From IMG/VR virus record IMGVR_UViG_3300005831_000057: a stretch of 64,000 nucleotides of DNA, one strand, 5' to 3'. A program made the position numbers and the translations under genes. The notes beneath the pieces are model-generated. The model ran no database searches. It had not been told where the DNA came from and was given only the letters and a program-made list of their open reading frames with translations. Position 1 is the first letter of the stretch; each line of letters opens with the position of its first letter. This document shows, one piece after another, positions 29,889 through 40,038 of this stretch. The DNA is from a virus (lineage: Duplodnaviria > Heunggongvirae > Uroviricota > Caudoviricetes).

Positions 29889-30636
29889 TATTCCAAACTT
29901 CTATTTTAGTGTCTATACACGCAATGTGATTATTAATTCTTTTATTTGATATGTTGTAATAATTCCTATCTAGTTCGAATCCTATGTATTGTCTATTAGT
30001 ATTTATACATGCTATAGCGGTACTCCCGCCCCCTATGCAATTATCCATCACAACTTCGCCGTCGTTTGTATACGTTTTAATTAGGTATTCTAATAGAGCT
30101 ACTGGTTTTTGTGTTGGATGTACCGTATTTTTATCACGCTTAAATTCTATAACCGACAAAGGATATCTTTCACCTTCACTTTTTGAAATATGTCCACCGC
30201 AGCTTTTATCGTAATTATAACTCTCGCTTCCGCTTCCTTGTTTGCAAATATACGGTTTAAATCCCAATCTCATTTGTGGGTTATATGTAGGAGTTTTCTT
30301 GTAAAATACTAATATATTCTCATGATTTTTTAGTGGCATCTTTTTAGCGTTAAGAAATCCAGTTCCATTCTCTTTTTGCCATATCCATTCATACTTTAGG
30401 TTTTTTATGTTGCTACATCCCAATACTTTGTCAAATGGAGATTGTGCAAATAGTACGATAGCTCCATCGTCTTTTATTACTCTATTATAAGCGTTCCACA
30501 ACTCTTGTAAATCGATAACAGTATCCCACTTGTTTCTAGTAGTTCCATATGGCAAATCACATAAAATCATATCAATTGATTTGTCATTTAATTTTTTCAT
30601 TCCTTCTATGCAATCTTCATTATATATTTCATTCAT
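29881..30636 (-). CDS. Beta-class DNA methyltransferase (N6-adenine or N4-cytosine)
   Basis: Motif IV ILCDLPYG near the N-terminus and motif I DNCIGGGSTAIAC near the C-terminus, the permuted beta-class order. Confidence 0.8.
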   Translation of the reverse strand: MNEIYNEDCIEGMKKLNDKSIDMILCDLPYGTTRNKWDTVIDLQELWNAYNRVIKDDGAIVLFAQSPFDKVLGCSNIKNLKYEWIWQKENGTGFLNAKKMPLKNHENILVFYKKTPTYNPQMRLGFKPYICKQGSGSESYNYDKSCGGHISKSEGERYPLSVIEFKRDKNTVHPTQKPVALLEYLIKTYTNDGEVVMDNCIGGGSTAIACINTNRQYIGFELDRNYYNISNKRINNHIACIDTKIEVWNNG

Positions 30637-30654
30637 ACAATAGCATTCTCCTTT

Positions 30655-30690
30655 TAATATATTGTATCACATATTTTGTCAAAAGTAAAT
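30655..30690 (-). promoter_or_regulatory. Putative promoter for the MTase-NTase cassette
   Basis: Reverse complement contains TTGACAaaatatgTGaTACAAT-like elements. The exact hexamer assignment is ambiguous. Confidence 0.3.
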
Positions 30691-30712
30691 AAAGATTAAT
30701 AATGTAATTGCT

Positions 30713-31177
30713 TTATAAGGTTGCAAAATATGGTATATCTCTATTCTTCCACGAAAATATATGACTTTTACACTTATTGTAGTAATTGATATACGAATTT
30801 TCTACATCTAACAACTTTACTTCTTCTGGCATACATTTTGGAGGAGTTGTAAATCCTATGTCTGCTATATTCGGCTCTGTCATATCTTCCATTATCTGTT
30901 GGCATTTATGAACTTTGCCATATCTGTAAGTATATTCTTTTGATATCGCAATTCCCAACTCTCTAAGATATTTCCAATTAGATAACGATTCTCTTGCCCA
31001 TATACAACTAGGATGATTTTTATGAGTAAGTTTATAATTAGCTAATTCTGATTGTTCACATACGTGATAAGTGGAACATAATATTTGAGCTGTTTCTGTT
31101 GGCATTTTAACTACATGTTTGTCTACATACATTTTTACATTGTTTTCTATATCATAGTCTAGTATAAAAATATTCAT
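30713..31177 (-). CDS. Hypothetical protein
   Basis: Start placed at MNIFILDYD, which follows an AGGAGGA RBS. The longer ORF in the track begins upstream without an RBS. Confidence 0.35.
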   Translation of the reverse strand: MNIFILDYDIENNVKMYVDKHVVKMPTETAQILCSTYHVCEQSELANYKLTHKNHPSCIWARESLSNWKYLRELGIAISKEYTYRYGKVHKCQQIMEDMTEPNIADIGFTTPPKCMPEEVKLLDVENSYINYYNKCKSHIFSWKNRDIPYFATL

Positions 31178-31199
31178 AAAAATCATCCTCCTATTTGTA

Positions 31200-32108
31200 T
31201 TATTTACTATTATACACCTTTTTAAACATTGTGTCAATACTATCTTCTAAATTATATCTAATTTCTGACGTGGAGTTATTTGCATACTTGCCGTCTACTA
31301 GATCGATATAAAATGTAAAGTTTCCATCATCTCCCATATAGAAAGACTTCCAATCTTTTTCGTCCATCTTGTTTTTTAAGTCTAATTGCTTCAATGCTAA
31401 ATTGTCAAAACTTACAACTTTAAAGTGCGTAAATATATCTATTATATTGTCACTCATAAACTTCTTTCTTGCTTCAATCAATTCTTCGTTATTTTTAAAA
31501 TTATCAACACCACGTCTAAATTGCTTATATCCCAATACTAAAATCTTTAAATCATTATTAGCTAAAGCTTCTATATCTCTTTGACTTACGATTCCATTAA
31601 TTATATGTATAACCGCATTGTCGAACTTCTTGATATCGGCTATAAACTTACTAGTCGGATTGCTTAATGACACTCCTAGCCCATTAATAAGTTTTTGTTC
31701 GTATAAGTATCTTATCTTGTCAAAATATCTATCGAAATGAACTTGGTTTACTGTCATGCTTACGATTATACTTTTACTCTTCATAAGCTCTAAAAATTCT
31801 ACGATGTCTGGATGCGAAATTGGATTGCCTCCACCAATAGCAAGTTCTGTATATGGATGCAGCGAATTATAAAAAGTTGGATTCAATATATCTCCGTGCA
31901 ACCCTTCGATACTGCTATTTTCATGACACATAGGACAGCTTAGATCGCAGTAGTTGGTAATTTTGACATCGCAACATTCACTAAACTCTGGAATAAACTC
32001 GTCATCTTTTGTTTGTCTTATTTTTGTTCCATTATCTAAATCTAATAGCACATTAAAGTTTCCATTTTTATAAGTAACAAATTTCATATTATTAGTCATC
32101 CCTTCCAT
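31200..32108 (-). CDS. Radical SAM protein (candidate glycyl-radical activase, NrdG-like, or another radical SAM enzyme)
   Basis: CDLSCPMCHE is a CxxxCxxC cluster motif of the activase type. AIGGGNPISHPD is a glycine-rich SAM-binding-like motif. Confidence 0.5.
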   Translation of the reverse strand: MEGMTNNMKFVTYKNGNFNVLLDLDNGTKIRQTKDDEFIPEFSECCDVKITNYCDLSCPMCHENSSIEGLHGDILNPTFYNSLHPYTELAIGGGNPISHPDIVEFLELMKSKSIIVSMTVNQVHFDRYFDKIRYLYEQKLINGLGVSLSNPTSKFIADIKKFDNAVIHIINGIVSQRDIEALANNDLKILVLGYKQFRRGVDNFKNNEELIEARKKFMSDNIIDIFTHFKVVSFDNLALKQLDLKNKMDEKDWKSFYMGDDGNFTFYIDLVDGKYANNSTSEIRYNLEDSIDTMFKKVYNSK

Positions 32109-32493
32109 ATACTCCGAATATATGAATTACTTCTCCAGATTTTGTAGTATAGGTATCTTCGTAGCCTTCTACACTGTAATTATCTTCGCTTTCAAGGAAA
32201 TCTTCGAGTGTGTATATGCACAACTCTTTTAACGCTTCGTCTAAACTCATTTCGTGTACTTTATACTTTTTAATAAGATCTGCAACTTCTTGTTTTTCGT
32301 ATATATTACCACCACTATCGACAAACGCCTCTTTGTTTAATAATCTTTGATACACGTCGTCCTCGCATACTGTAAGAGAGTGTGTGCTGCTTGAGTTTGT
32401 TTCGAATACATTTCTTCTAATTTGAATTTTCATAATTAATCTCCTTTTTTTATTTAATATAATAATACCACAACATTTTATATACGTCAACAA
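32092..32493 (-). CDS. Hypothetical protein sharing a conserved C-terminus with the ORF at 42746-43120
   Basis: 133 aa. C-terminal YTTKSGEVIHIFGVYG. Confidence 0.3.
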   Translation of the reverse strand: MLTYIKCCGIIILNKKRRLIMKIQIRRNVFETNSSSTHSLTVCEDDVYQRLLNKEAFVDSGGNIYEKQEVADLIKKYKVHEMSLDEALKELCIYTLEDFLESEDNYSVEGYEDTYTTKSGEVIHIFGVYGRDD

Positions 32494-32976
32494 CTATTTT
32501 AAAATAGATTCGTCTAAGCAATTTTTGCATATTTCGAATATCAATCTTCCAATATTTGCCTTTTTTATAAAGTACACATACATACCATTCCTTTTCTGCC
32601 ATGTAAGTATAGTTCTAAGAAACGCAATTTCGTTAAGTTTAGACTTGTATTTATGTGCGAATATATCGTCTAGCGAATCCTCTTCTATTAACAAGTAAAC
32701 ATTTGGTATATTTATAAATCTGTTAAACTCCATAAATATTCTTCCGCTATCATCTACGATATTGCCAGAAATCTCACTTAGACTATTTTTGCGTTCTATA
32801 CATAGTTCGTCGGTAAAATATGTATCTATTGGAAACCCTAGTTCTGGACAAGCGTTTATCCTGAACGAGTAATCACCAGTTTTCATAAGTCTATTTTCAT
32901 ATACTATTCCGCAGCTATCAAAATAATTAGTTATATGACCATTTACATTTTCACGAGTGTCTAAAAGTATAACCAT
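32494..32976 (-). CDS. Hypothetical protein
   Basis: 160 aa ORF. Confidence 0.3.
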   Translation of the reverse strand: MVILLDTRENVNGHITNYFDSCGIVYENRLMKTGDYSFRINACPELGFPIDTYFTDELCIERKNSLSEISGNIVDDSGRIFMEFNRFINIPNVYLLIEEDSLDDIFAHKYKSKLNEIAFLRTILTWQKRNGMYVYFIKKANIGRLIFEICKNCLDESILK

Positions 32977-33024
32977 ATTGCTTAGTAACTTTTCATAATT
33001 CTTTTTGGTGTAATAATATTTGAT

Positions 33025-36000
33025 CTAAATCGCCACCTTTCTATATTTTGTAATCCACATTTCTTTAGTGCCTACGACCGAAACATAACTATTGGTAGCT
33101 TCATCAAACGTACTCTGTGGCTTAGTTTCATATCCGTCAACATATATAACATCGCCTATTTCTAGTTTGCTTCTGCTAAAGCTTCTCTTATTTATTTTAA
33201 CCATCATAGATTTTCCGTTGGATAAAGAATATATGCTTAGTTTTGGTGAATATTTTGTGTCTACACCAGTTATTAATATCATTTTAGCATACTTCAAGTC
33301 TTTAATATCCACATATCCCATAAACTCCATCTGATAGTCTATTAGCTCTCTTAAAGTAATAGATTTTATAGCTGGTATCTTGGATATAATTTTTTTTATC
33401 AACTTACCCACATCTACATTACTATAAGTCTTTTCAGAAACTTTGTTGCACAATTTAGCCATCTCTGATTCCGAAATTCCTAATTTATCAAGTTCGCTTT
33501 TCTTAAATTGAGATCTGTCACATACGCTATTAAATATGTCAACTATTTTTAACAATCTATTAACATCTCCAAACTCGTCGAAGAAGTTTATCTTTATAAG
33601 TATCGATAATTGTTTGCTGTTTAGCGACGTGCTATTTTTTATACTCCATAACAAATCCACAAAATCATCAAATTTGCAATCTCTTAAATTATAAAGTTCG
33701 GTACAAGATAGTTCATTCATATACTTTACCGATCCAATTCCCCTATATACAACCTTATTGCTTATCATATATTTGTAGTTGGAATGTCTGAACTTTATTC
33801 CATTTATAGAAATTTCTTTCTGTTTAGCCAATAATTCTCCACTCACAATATCTTCTTCTGTATCGGAATTGTTAAGATATGCCATTACAAATAATTCTGG
33901 ATGGTAAAATCTTAGCATAGCACATAAATATCCAATCATGGAATATCCTACTGTATGGTTATATCCGAACTGATAAGCACTAGAACTTTCTATTATGTCT
34001 AAAAATTCCTTAGCTTCCTTTTCAGCAATATGTCTTGGTTGAGTAGATTTTGAACAATATCCTTCTAGTATAGACGGCAGTGCATCGTTAAGTCTATCTA
34101 CTTGTTTTCTTCCTATCGCACGTCTTATATTGTCAGCTTCACTTCCAGATAGTCCACATATCTCTATTAGAAATCTACTCGTATCTTCTTGGAAAGCTAA
34201 ATATCCTCTACTTCCTTTAAGCAATTCGTCTATTAATGGCGATGGATTTTTGTTTATTATTCCACTAGCAAGCCGATCTCTGTATATTTTCCCAGACGGT
34301 CTTATCGCAGCGTTAGTAAGTGAAATATGAGATATCTCTGTAGGTTTTATTCTTTGAAGCATATCAAAAGCAAATTTACTTTCGAACTGAAAAATTCCAA
34401 CAGCATATTTTATCATATCATCCCATACTTTCATATCGCTCCAGTCTATCTCATAAGATTTAGGATATTTCTTGCCAAGACATCTATATACATCTTTTAT
34501 TATCTCGATATTTTTAAGCCCAAGAATATCATACTTTACCAAACTAATCTCGTGTATTTCGTCCATATTTATAGACATACATCTTTTATTATCTTCCCAA
34601 AAAGTGCCATAGTTGTCATTCAACGTCGTCGGAGAAACAACTATTCCAGCTGGATGTATTCCTTTAGAAACAACTACGTTTACCATTCCTTTATAGTAGT
34701 AAAATATGTCGCTATATTTTTCAATACATTTATCCTTGTCGGTAGAAAACTCTTCTTTCACCTTTTTGGCAAAATCTAAACTTAAATTGTATGGAATTTT
34801 AACATTTTTGTCTTTAAGGCTATATCCATTATCTAACATCCACTTATTTCTAAATCCTCTTACAATCCCATCTATAGCAGCTTTATCTCCCATTGTGCCA
34901 GTAACAAGTATGTATGACGTATATTCAATTCCGAATCTATCTATTATATATTCATAAACTTTACATCTATCTGATGGAGCAAAATCTAAATCAATATCTC
35001 CGATCTCTTTTCTGTCTTTATTGGCAAATCTTGAGAAAACAGTATTCCATCTTATAGGATCTACGTCTGTGATATCTGTAATAAATGCTATAATAGAACC
35101 TCCTACAGAACCTCTGCAAAATCCAATTGGTATATCGTTTTCCCAACACCAACAACATAACTCAGACATAAATAATATAAATCCAATCATTCCAATTTCT
35201 TTAAATACTGCCAACTCTTCTTTAATGCCATTTATATAATCTTCATATTTTTCACTAACCAAATGTCCGTTATTATACTTGGTTTTTAGCATATCATTTA
35301 TTCTAGTTTCCAATATACAATATTCATCTTCGTACAACTTGGGATATTTAAAGCTTAAATCTAACTCGAAACCATCAACGCTATCAGCCATAACATTTGT
35401 ATTTTCTACAGCCAATTCATAAACTTCTTTATCTAATGAACCTTGAAGCCTAAACATATCTAAGACTTCTTCGTAGGATTTACATGTCAGATCAAAATCG
35501 TCTTCGTTGGAAAATAACATCCCTTTAGAATATTGAAGCATAGTTCTACACTCTGCTTTATAACCATCTAATGAATGAGTGTCAGTTCCAGCTATCAACG
35601 GTTTATTTGTTATCTTGGATAGTTCGTACAGATGACTATTATATTCAATCTGTTCCTTGCAATTAGTGTGAGGTTGAATTTCGTAGTAATCATATGCATA
35701 AATAAGTCTGCTATAATAATTATTAATTCTGTTAACTCTCGACGCTGCTTCTTCGTTTAAATTTTCATTTTTTGCAAGTTCTTCTTTTAATTTTATAAGT
35801 TTATTAAGAGGAGATGCCAAGCAGGCTGAAATTTTTATTACGTTGTCAGATATATTCAAGAACTCGTCAAATGTGAGTCTAGGTTTGTAGTGTACATGAT
35901 CCTTTTGTGTAGACAGATCTATTAGCGAATTAACCTCTTTAAAGCCTTCTGGATATGTCTTAGCTATCAATATACTATGATAATTATCTCTTATATTTTC

Positions 36001-36336
36001 ATCTAAAGTTTCAGTAAGATATATTTCAACTCCATGAATATATTTTATTGGTTTGAGCTCCAAAACTGAAACATCGCTAATTCCAGAAAGTATTTTATCC
36101 AGTCCATTCTTCTCTACATATATTGGACTTTTTAAACTTCCGCCATAAACTTTATATTGTGTCGATTCGCAGTACATTTTTTTATCAACCCAATCGTAGG
36201 TATTACCATGTTCGGTGAAGCATATTGACGTATGTCCTAGCTCTTTGGCTCTATGAATATAATCTTTGTAATTAGTAGTACTATCAAGTAAACTTAATTC
36301 GGTATGCACATGAAACCATGTAATATTTTTGTCCAT
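33025..36336 (-). CDS. DNA polymerase III alpha subunit (PHP-domain C-family polymerase, DnaE-like)
   Basis: N-terminal PHP HVHTELSLLD...HGN. Catalytic-region GFCRGSVGGS...IGDIDLDFAPSDR motif. 1103 aa. Confidence 0.85.
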   Translation of the reverse strand: MDKNITWFHVHTELSLLDSTTNYKDYIHRAKELGHTSICFTEHGNTYDWVDKKMYCESTQYKVYGGSLKSPIYVEKNGLDKILSGISDVSVLELKPIKYIHGVEIYLTETLDENIRDNYHSILIAKTYPEGFKEVNSLIDLSTQKDHVHYKPRLTFDEFLNISDNVIKISACLASPLNKLIKLKEELAKNENLNEEAASRVNRINNYYSRLIYAYDYYEIQPHTNCKEQIEYNSHLYELSKITNKPLIAGTDTHSLDGYKAECRTMLQYSKGMLFSNEDDFDLTCKSYEEVLDMFRLQGSLDKEVYELAVENTNVMADSVDGFELDLSFKYPKLYEDEYCILETRINDMLKTKYNNGHLVSEKYEDYINGIKEELAVFKEIGMIGFILFMSELCCWCWENDIPIGFCRGSVGGSIIAFITDITDVDPIRWNTVFSRFANKDRKEIGDIDLDFAPSDRCKVYEYIIDRFGIEYTSYILVTGTMGDKAAIDGIVRGFRNKWMLDNGYSLKDKNVKIPYNLSLDFAKKVKEEFSTDKDKCIEKYSDIFYYYKGMVNVVVSKGIHPAGIVVSPTTLNDNYGTFWEDNKRCMSINMDEIHEISLVKYDILGLKNIEIIKDVYRCLGKKYPKSYEIDWSDMKVWDDMIKYAVGIFQFESKFAFDMLQRIKPTEISHISLTNAAIRPSGKIYRDRLASGIINKNPSPLIDELLKGSRGYLAFQEDTSRFLIEICGLSGSEADNIRRAIGRKQVDRLNDALPSILEGYCSKSTQPRHIAEKEAKEFLDIIESSSAYQFGYNHTVGYSMIGYLCAMLRFYHPELFVMAYLNNSDTEEDIVSGELLAKQKEISINGIKFRHSNYKYMISNKVVYRGIGSVKYMNELSCTELYNLRDCKFDDFVDLLWSIKNSTSLNSKQLSILIKINFFDEFGDVNRLLKIVDIFNSVCDRSQFKKSELDKLGISESEMAKLCNKVSEKTYSNVDVGKLIKKIISKIPAIKSITLRELIDYQMEFMGYVDIKDLKYAKMILITGVDTKYSPKLSIYSLSNGKSMMVKINKRSFSRSKLEIGDVIYVDGYETKPQSTFDEATNSYVSVVGTKEMWITKYRKVAI

Positions 36337-36349
36337 ACGTCAACCTCCA

Positions 36350-37135
36350 TTATTCTTCTATATTATATTCGCATGTATATCTGAAATCGCATAATCTTTG
36401 GCATTGTATAAAATCTTTATTTGCAACAAAAGTCTTGTCTTTATATATTTTCTTTATAGTATCTTCTGCCCATAAAATACTGTTATTATATTCCTCTTGG
36501 TTGAATGGTATTGTGTAAAACTTACTATCCCTAAAATGCAACCATGTTATTTCGCTAGGATATGATCCATATTTGGTATATATATCTTTGCAGTATAAAT
36601 ACATTTGCTTTTTATACGATTCAAAGTTGTTCATGCAACTCTTTAATATTCCACCTTTTACCTTTTCTGGGAATTGAGAACTTTTAAAGTCTAACACAGT
36701 AATCTTGTCTTCGTTTTTATCCTTAATTACTAAGTCGATAAATCCTCTAAATTTATACTTATCAACCATAAAATCGCACTTATCTTCAATTCCTATAATT
36801 TCGTAGTTGTCAAACCAATCAAAATCGAACTCGGAAAGGAATTTGCAGCAATCGTAATAACCTTTGTCCATAGTCGAAGATTTCGTTACGTATTCTATAC
36901 TTTTGTAATTTTTAATGTAGTATTCAGTAATTTCTTCTATAGTTAGTTCTTTTTTGAAATACATCTCCAACGTCTTATGGATTAACTTACCATTTTCAGC
37001 CCACCAATTTCCAGAACCGCATCTCTCTTCTATATATTTTAAATAAAATGAGTATGGGCATTGCTCGTAAGAATGTATTCTACTATAAGAAAACGTCATC
37101 TTATCTAATTCTTTTTTATAAGACATATGCTCCAA
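36350..37135 (-). CDS. PD-(D/E)XK nuclease, Cas4/RecB-like exonuclease
   Basis: One N-terminal Cys, D and LDFK (ExK) motifs, QMYLY (QhxxY), and a C-terminal Cx3Cx5C cluster. Confidence 0.6.
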   Translation of the reverse strand: MEHMSYKKELDKMTFSYSRIHSYEQCPYSFYLKYIEERCGSGNWWAENGKLIHKTLEMYFKKELTIEEITEYYIKNYKSIEYVTKSSTMDKGYYDCCKFLSEFDFDWFDNYEIIGIEDKCDFMVDKYKFRGFIDLVIKDKNEDKITVLDFKSSQFPEKVKGGILKSCMNNFESYKKQMYLYCKDIYTKYGSYPSEITWLHFRDSKFYTIPFNQEEYNNSILWAEDTIKKIYKDKTFVANKDFIQCQRLCDFRYTCEYNIEE

Positions 37136-37273
37136 CTTCCTATTCTTATTTTTTGTAAAACATAAACGATATTACCATCCTTAATTTTTGATACCATTTA
37201 ATTTTAATTCCATGATGTAGCTCCATCTTATTTATCATTTTTAGCATATTAATCATCTTGCTATACATCCTCC

Positions 37274-37597
37274 TTATTTTAACTTTTTCTCTGCTCTTCT
37301 TTTTCTCTGCATCTCCATCTGTCTTTCTTTATTTTCAGCATACCAGTTAGATGCTTTGGTTATATTTTTATTTCTAAACTCTTCGTCATTATGATATCTT
37401 TCTCTTTGATAGTTAGCATAGTACTCTTTATTCTCTTCTCTATGCTTTGCACTTCTTTCTAGTTGCTTCTTGTCAGTCTTAAGTCCAGAAAACTCCTTGT
37501 CTCTTGCATTAGCCTTTATCTTTTCTTCTGTAGATATAGAATCGTTGATACAGTCTGAAAACTTACACGCAAAACATTTCATATCACATATAGCCAT
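37274..37597 (-). CDS. Hypothetical basic protein
   Basis: 107 aa, N-terminal Cys cluster and a K/R/E-rich C-terminus. Confidence 0.3.
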   Translation of the reverse strand: MAICDMKCFACKFSDCINDSISTEEKIKANARDKEFSGLKTDKKQLERSAKHREENKEYYANYQRERYHNDEEFRNKNITKASNWYAENKERQMEMQRKRRAEKKLK

Positions 37598-37613
37598 TTC
37601 AAAATCCTCCTAG

Positions 37614-38624
37614 TTATATAATTTTTGTTTTATTTTTATATAGTGAATTCCAAATATCTATCCCTTTGTCTATTGGAGAACATTTAGAATCTTTACCACC
37701 TAATAATTTATTACGGTCTTCTATTATATATACATCTAAAAATCTCTTTAATGTATCGATATCTTTTCTTACTCTTCTTTCGTTGTAATCAACATCAGAA
37801 TCATAACAGAATACAACTTTGCATCCTAGTTTTATCAATATTACAATCTGCTCATGAGTAAGCGTATGTTTCTCTGCTGCTACCGAATCTTTTACATCAT
37901 TCCCATAAAGTTTCATTACGCTCTTTATACTTTCAAATATTTTAATCTCTCCACTTTCTTTTATAAATGGAAGAGTATGATTTATTCCTTGAAAGTAGTC
38001 TAATGTTCCTATCGGATAGTAATTGGTATATTTTGACAATCCTATCTGTTTATAATTAGGAATTCTAGTTCTAGCCTTTATGTTTATAAAGTTCCCATTA
38101 TTATCATAAACTGGATAAACTATCTGATTAGATCTTTTGTCTACTCTTATCTCGAATAAATCTATTTCTTCTTGTCTTATTCCTTCTGATAGCCATTCAT
38201 CTATCCTATCAATAGTATAGCAATTATATATCGACTTGTCAAGTATTTTTCTTTCATTTACACAATCAATTTTTCTGCTATCCATTATCTTTTTTATATC
38301 ACGATTCACCTTTACTGTTTCTGATTGGCACATTGTACTCAAATCAATCTCTGCAAGCAACGAAGCTTTTTTTACCGATTCATCATATGGAAGCTTCTCT
38401 ACATTATTCAGCCACGAGATTATACCTCCTCCGATACCACAAGAAAAACAATAAAACCTATTCTTAATTGGAGTAACCGATAGCGAAGGAGTTAAATCTG
38501 TATGTAAAGGGCAAGTAATGAAATAGTCATTATTTTTCTGCTTCATTTCGTTGCTTCTGGATATATATTCTAGCAAATCTACAGATTCGTTTATTGACTG
38601 CAAAAATTCATAATCGTATTTCAT
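37614..38624 (-). CDS. DNA primase (CHC2 zinc finger + TOPRIM, DnaG-like)
   Basis: CPLHTDLTPSLSV...FYCFSCGIGG zinc-finger signature. Confidence 0.7.
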   Translation of the reverse strand: MKYDYEFLQSINESVDLLEYISRSNEMKQKNNDYFITCPLHTDLTPSLSVTPIKNRFYCFSCGIGGGIISWLNNVEKLPYDESVKKASLLAEIDLSTMCQSETVKVNRDIKKIMDSRKIDCVNERKILDKSIYNCYTIDRIDEWLSEGIRQEEIDLFEIRVDKRSNQIVYPVYDNNGNFINIKARTRIPNYKQIGLSKYTNYYPIGTLDYFQGINHTLPFIKESGEIKIFESIKSVMKLYGNDVKDSVAAEKHTLTHEQIVILIKLGCKVVFCYDSDVDYNERRVRKDIDTLKRFLDVYIIEDRNKLLGGKDSKCSPIDKGIDIWNSLYKNKTKII

Positions 38625-38636
38625 TTTGCCTCCTAC

Positions 38637-39998
38637 TTATATAAATGGATTTTCTTCTAAAATATGTTTCTTGGCTTCTACGATTCTTATGCTAGTTCCA
38701 AGAAATTTCATGTCAATATAATCATTTTGGTTTCTATGATTTTTACCAAGTCTGTTAAGTTTTACCGTAAATTTATGAGTGCCACACTCAGCTCCGTCAC
38801 GTATGATTTCTTCTGGTGTTTTTTCTTCAAACTTACATGCAACAGTACAATATCTCTCTATTCCGTCAGACTCGGCTACAACTCCAGTTCTTGATAACTG
38901 ACAAAATGCTAACACTGGAATTTTTAACTCGCCAGCAACTCTGTTTTTTAAAAAGTTGGTTAACGATCCCATTTCTAATGATCGGCTTGCACTATCAATT
39001 ATCGAATCAGCACCTTTAATATAGTCATATATAACCATTTTTAGCCCAACTTCTATCTTTTTTTGCGCCACAATCGAGAACATTTGTTCTTTTGTCATGC
39101 TCGGAGCGTAATGATGGTATATTGGCAACTTTGAAATATTTTCTATAGCTCTTTCTATCTTTATATTTTCTTCATTTGTAAGACTTTCATGCTTTATTTT
39201 TTCTCCAGACAATCCACTAAAATAAGATATTAATCGCAAAGAGAATTGATCTGATGGCATTTCTGTATCAAATATCAATACTGGAATTCCTTGAAGTGCC
39301 AAATTTACCGCAGTAGCTAACGATAACAAAGATTTGCCCACCTTCATTCTTGCCTCGATAATGTATAATTCTCCGTCCTCGAAATGAAAAAAGTTATTAA
39401 TGCTTTCGTACGGAGTTGGAAATCCATAAGTTCCGCATCTTTCTTTTATAGACTTTATACTATTCCATGTTGACATAACATTACCTCCTATGGTTGAAAT
39501 TTCGCCATCGGTCACAAATTTTGTAGTGAGTGAATTAAAGTCATTATATATGTTACCACTCATCTCCTCAAGAGTTACATCTTTTTTTGTACACATTTGC
39601 TGCCAATTCATTGACTGCTTTAGAAATTCTCTTTTGAAGGCAAGAGTCATAACTATTTTTACCAACATCAAATATTCTTCCACCGTATCTCGCTTGCTGT
39701 TAAAACAAAGGTCTATATATTCTTGTATCTTGGGAAGATTATACTCTTCCGTCTTTCTCTTTACGGCTGGATGCGAAGATATTATTTGCTCAATATTCAA
39801 TGCAGTAATATTTGTTATTTTACTATTAAGAAGTTCTTTTACAGCCCAATAAATACATGCATTGTCTGTATGATAGAAAAACTTTTCATGAAAGTATACC
39901 GAGTGCGTAATAAATTCTGGATGATAAATTAAAGTAGAAACAATTCCAGCTTCGGCTTTACTATCAACCATCTCTGATAATTGTTCGGTTAATCCCAA
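38637..39998 (-). CDS. Replicative DNA helicase (DnaB-like)
   Basis: 453 aa. DnaB-like N-terminal domain followed by a RecA-fold with Walker A EARMKVGKS. Confidence 0.65.
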   Translation of the reverse strand: MGLTEQLSEMVDSKAEAGIVSTLIYHPEFITHSVYFHEKFFYHTDNACIYWAVKELLNSKITNITALNIEQIISSHPAVKRKTEEYNLPKIQEYIDLCFNSKRDTVEEYLMLVKIVMTLAFKREFLKQSMNWQQMCTKKDVTLEEMSGNIYNDFNSLTTKFVTDGEISTIGGNVMSTWNSIKSIKERCGTYGFPTPYESINNFFHFEDGELYIIEARMKVGKSLLSLATAVNLALQGIPVLIFDTEMPSDQFSLRLISYFSGLSGEKIKHESLTNEENIKIERAIENISKLPIYHHYAPSMTKEQMFSIVAQKKIEVGLKMVIYDYIKGADSIIDSASRSLEMGSLTNFLKNRVAGELKIPVLAFCQLSRTGVVAESDGIERYCTVACKFEEKTPEEIIRDGAECGTHKFTVKLNRLGKNHRNQNDYIDMKFLGTSIRIVEAKKHILEENPFI

Positions 39999-40038
39999 TA
40001 AGCATACCTCCTCTTTGAGTTACATTTTATTAATTAAA

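Noticed and set aside
30713-31237. Identifying the 174-aa ORF as a pyrimidine-dimer glycosylase or other known enzyme from its DKHVVKM...TAQIL N-terminus
   Set aside because: I could not match it to T4 endonuclease V or any family with confidence from memory. It is left as hypothetical.
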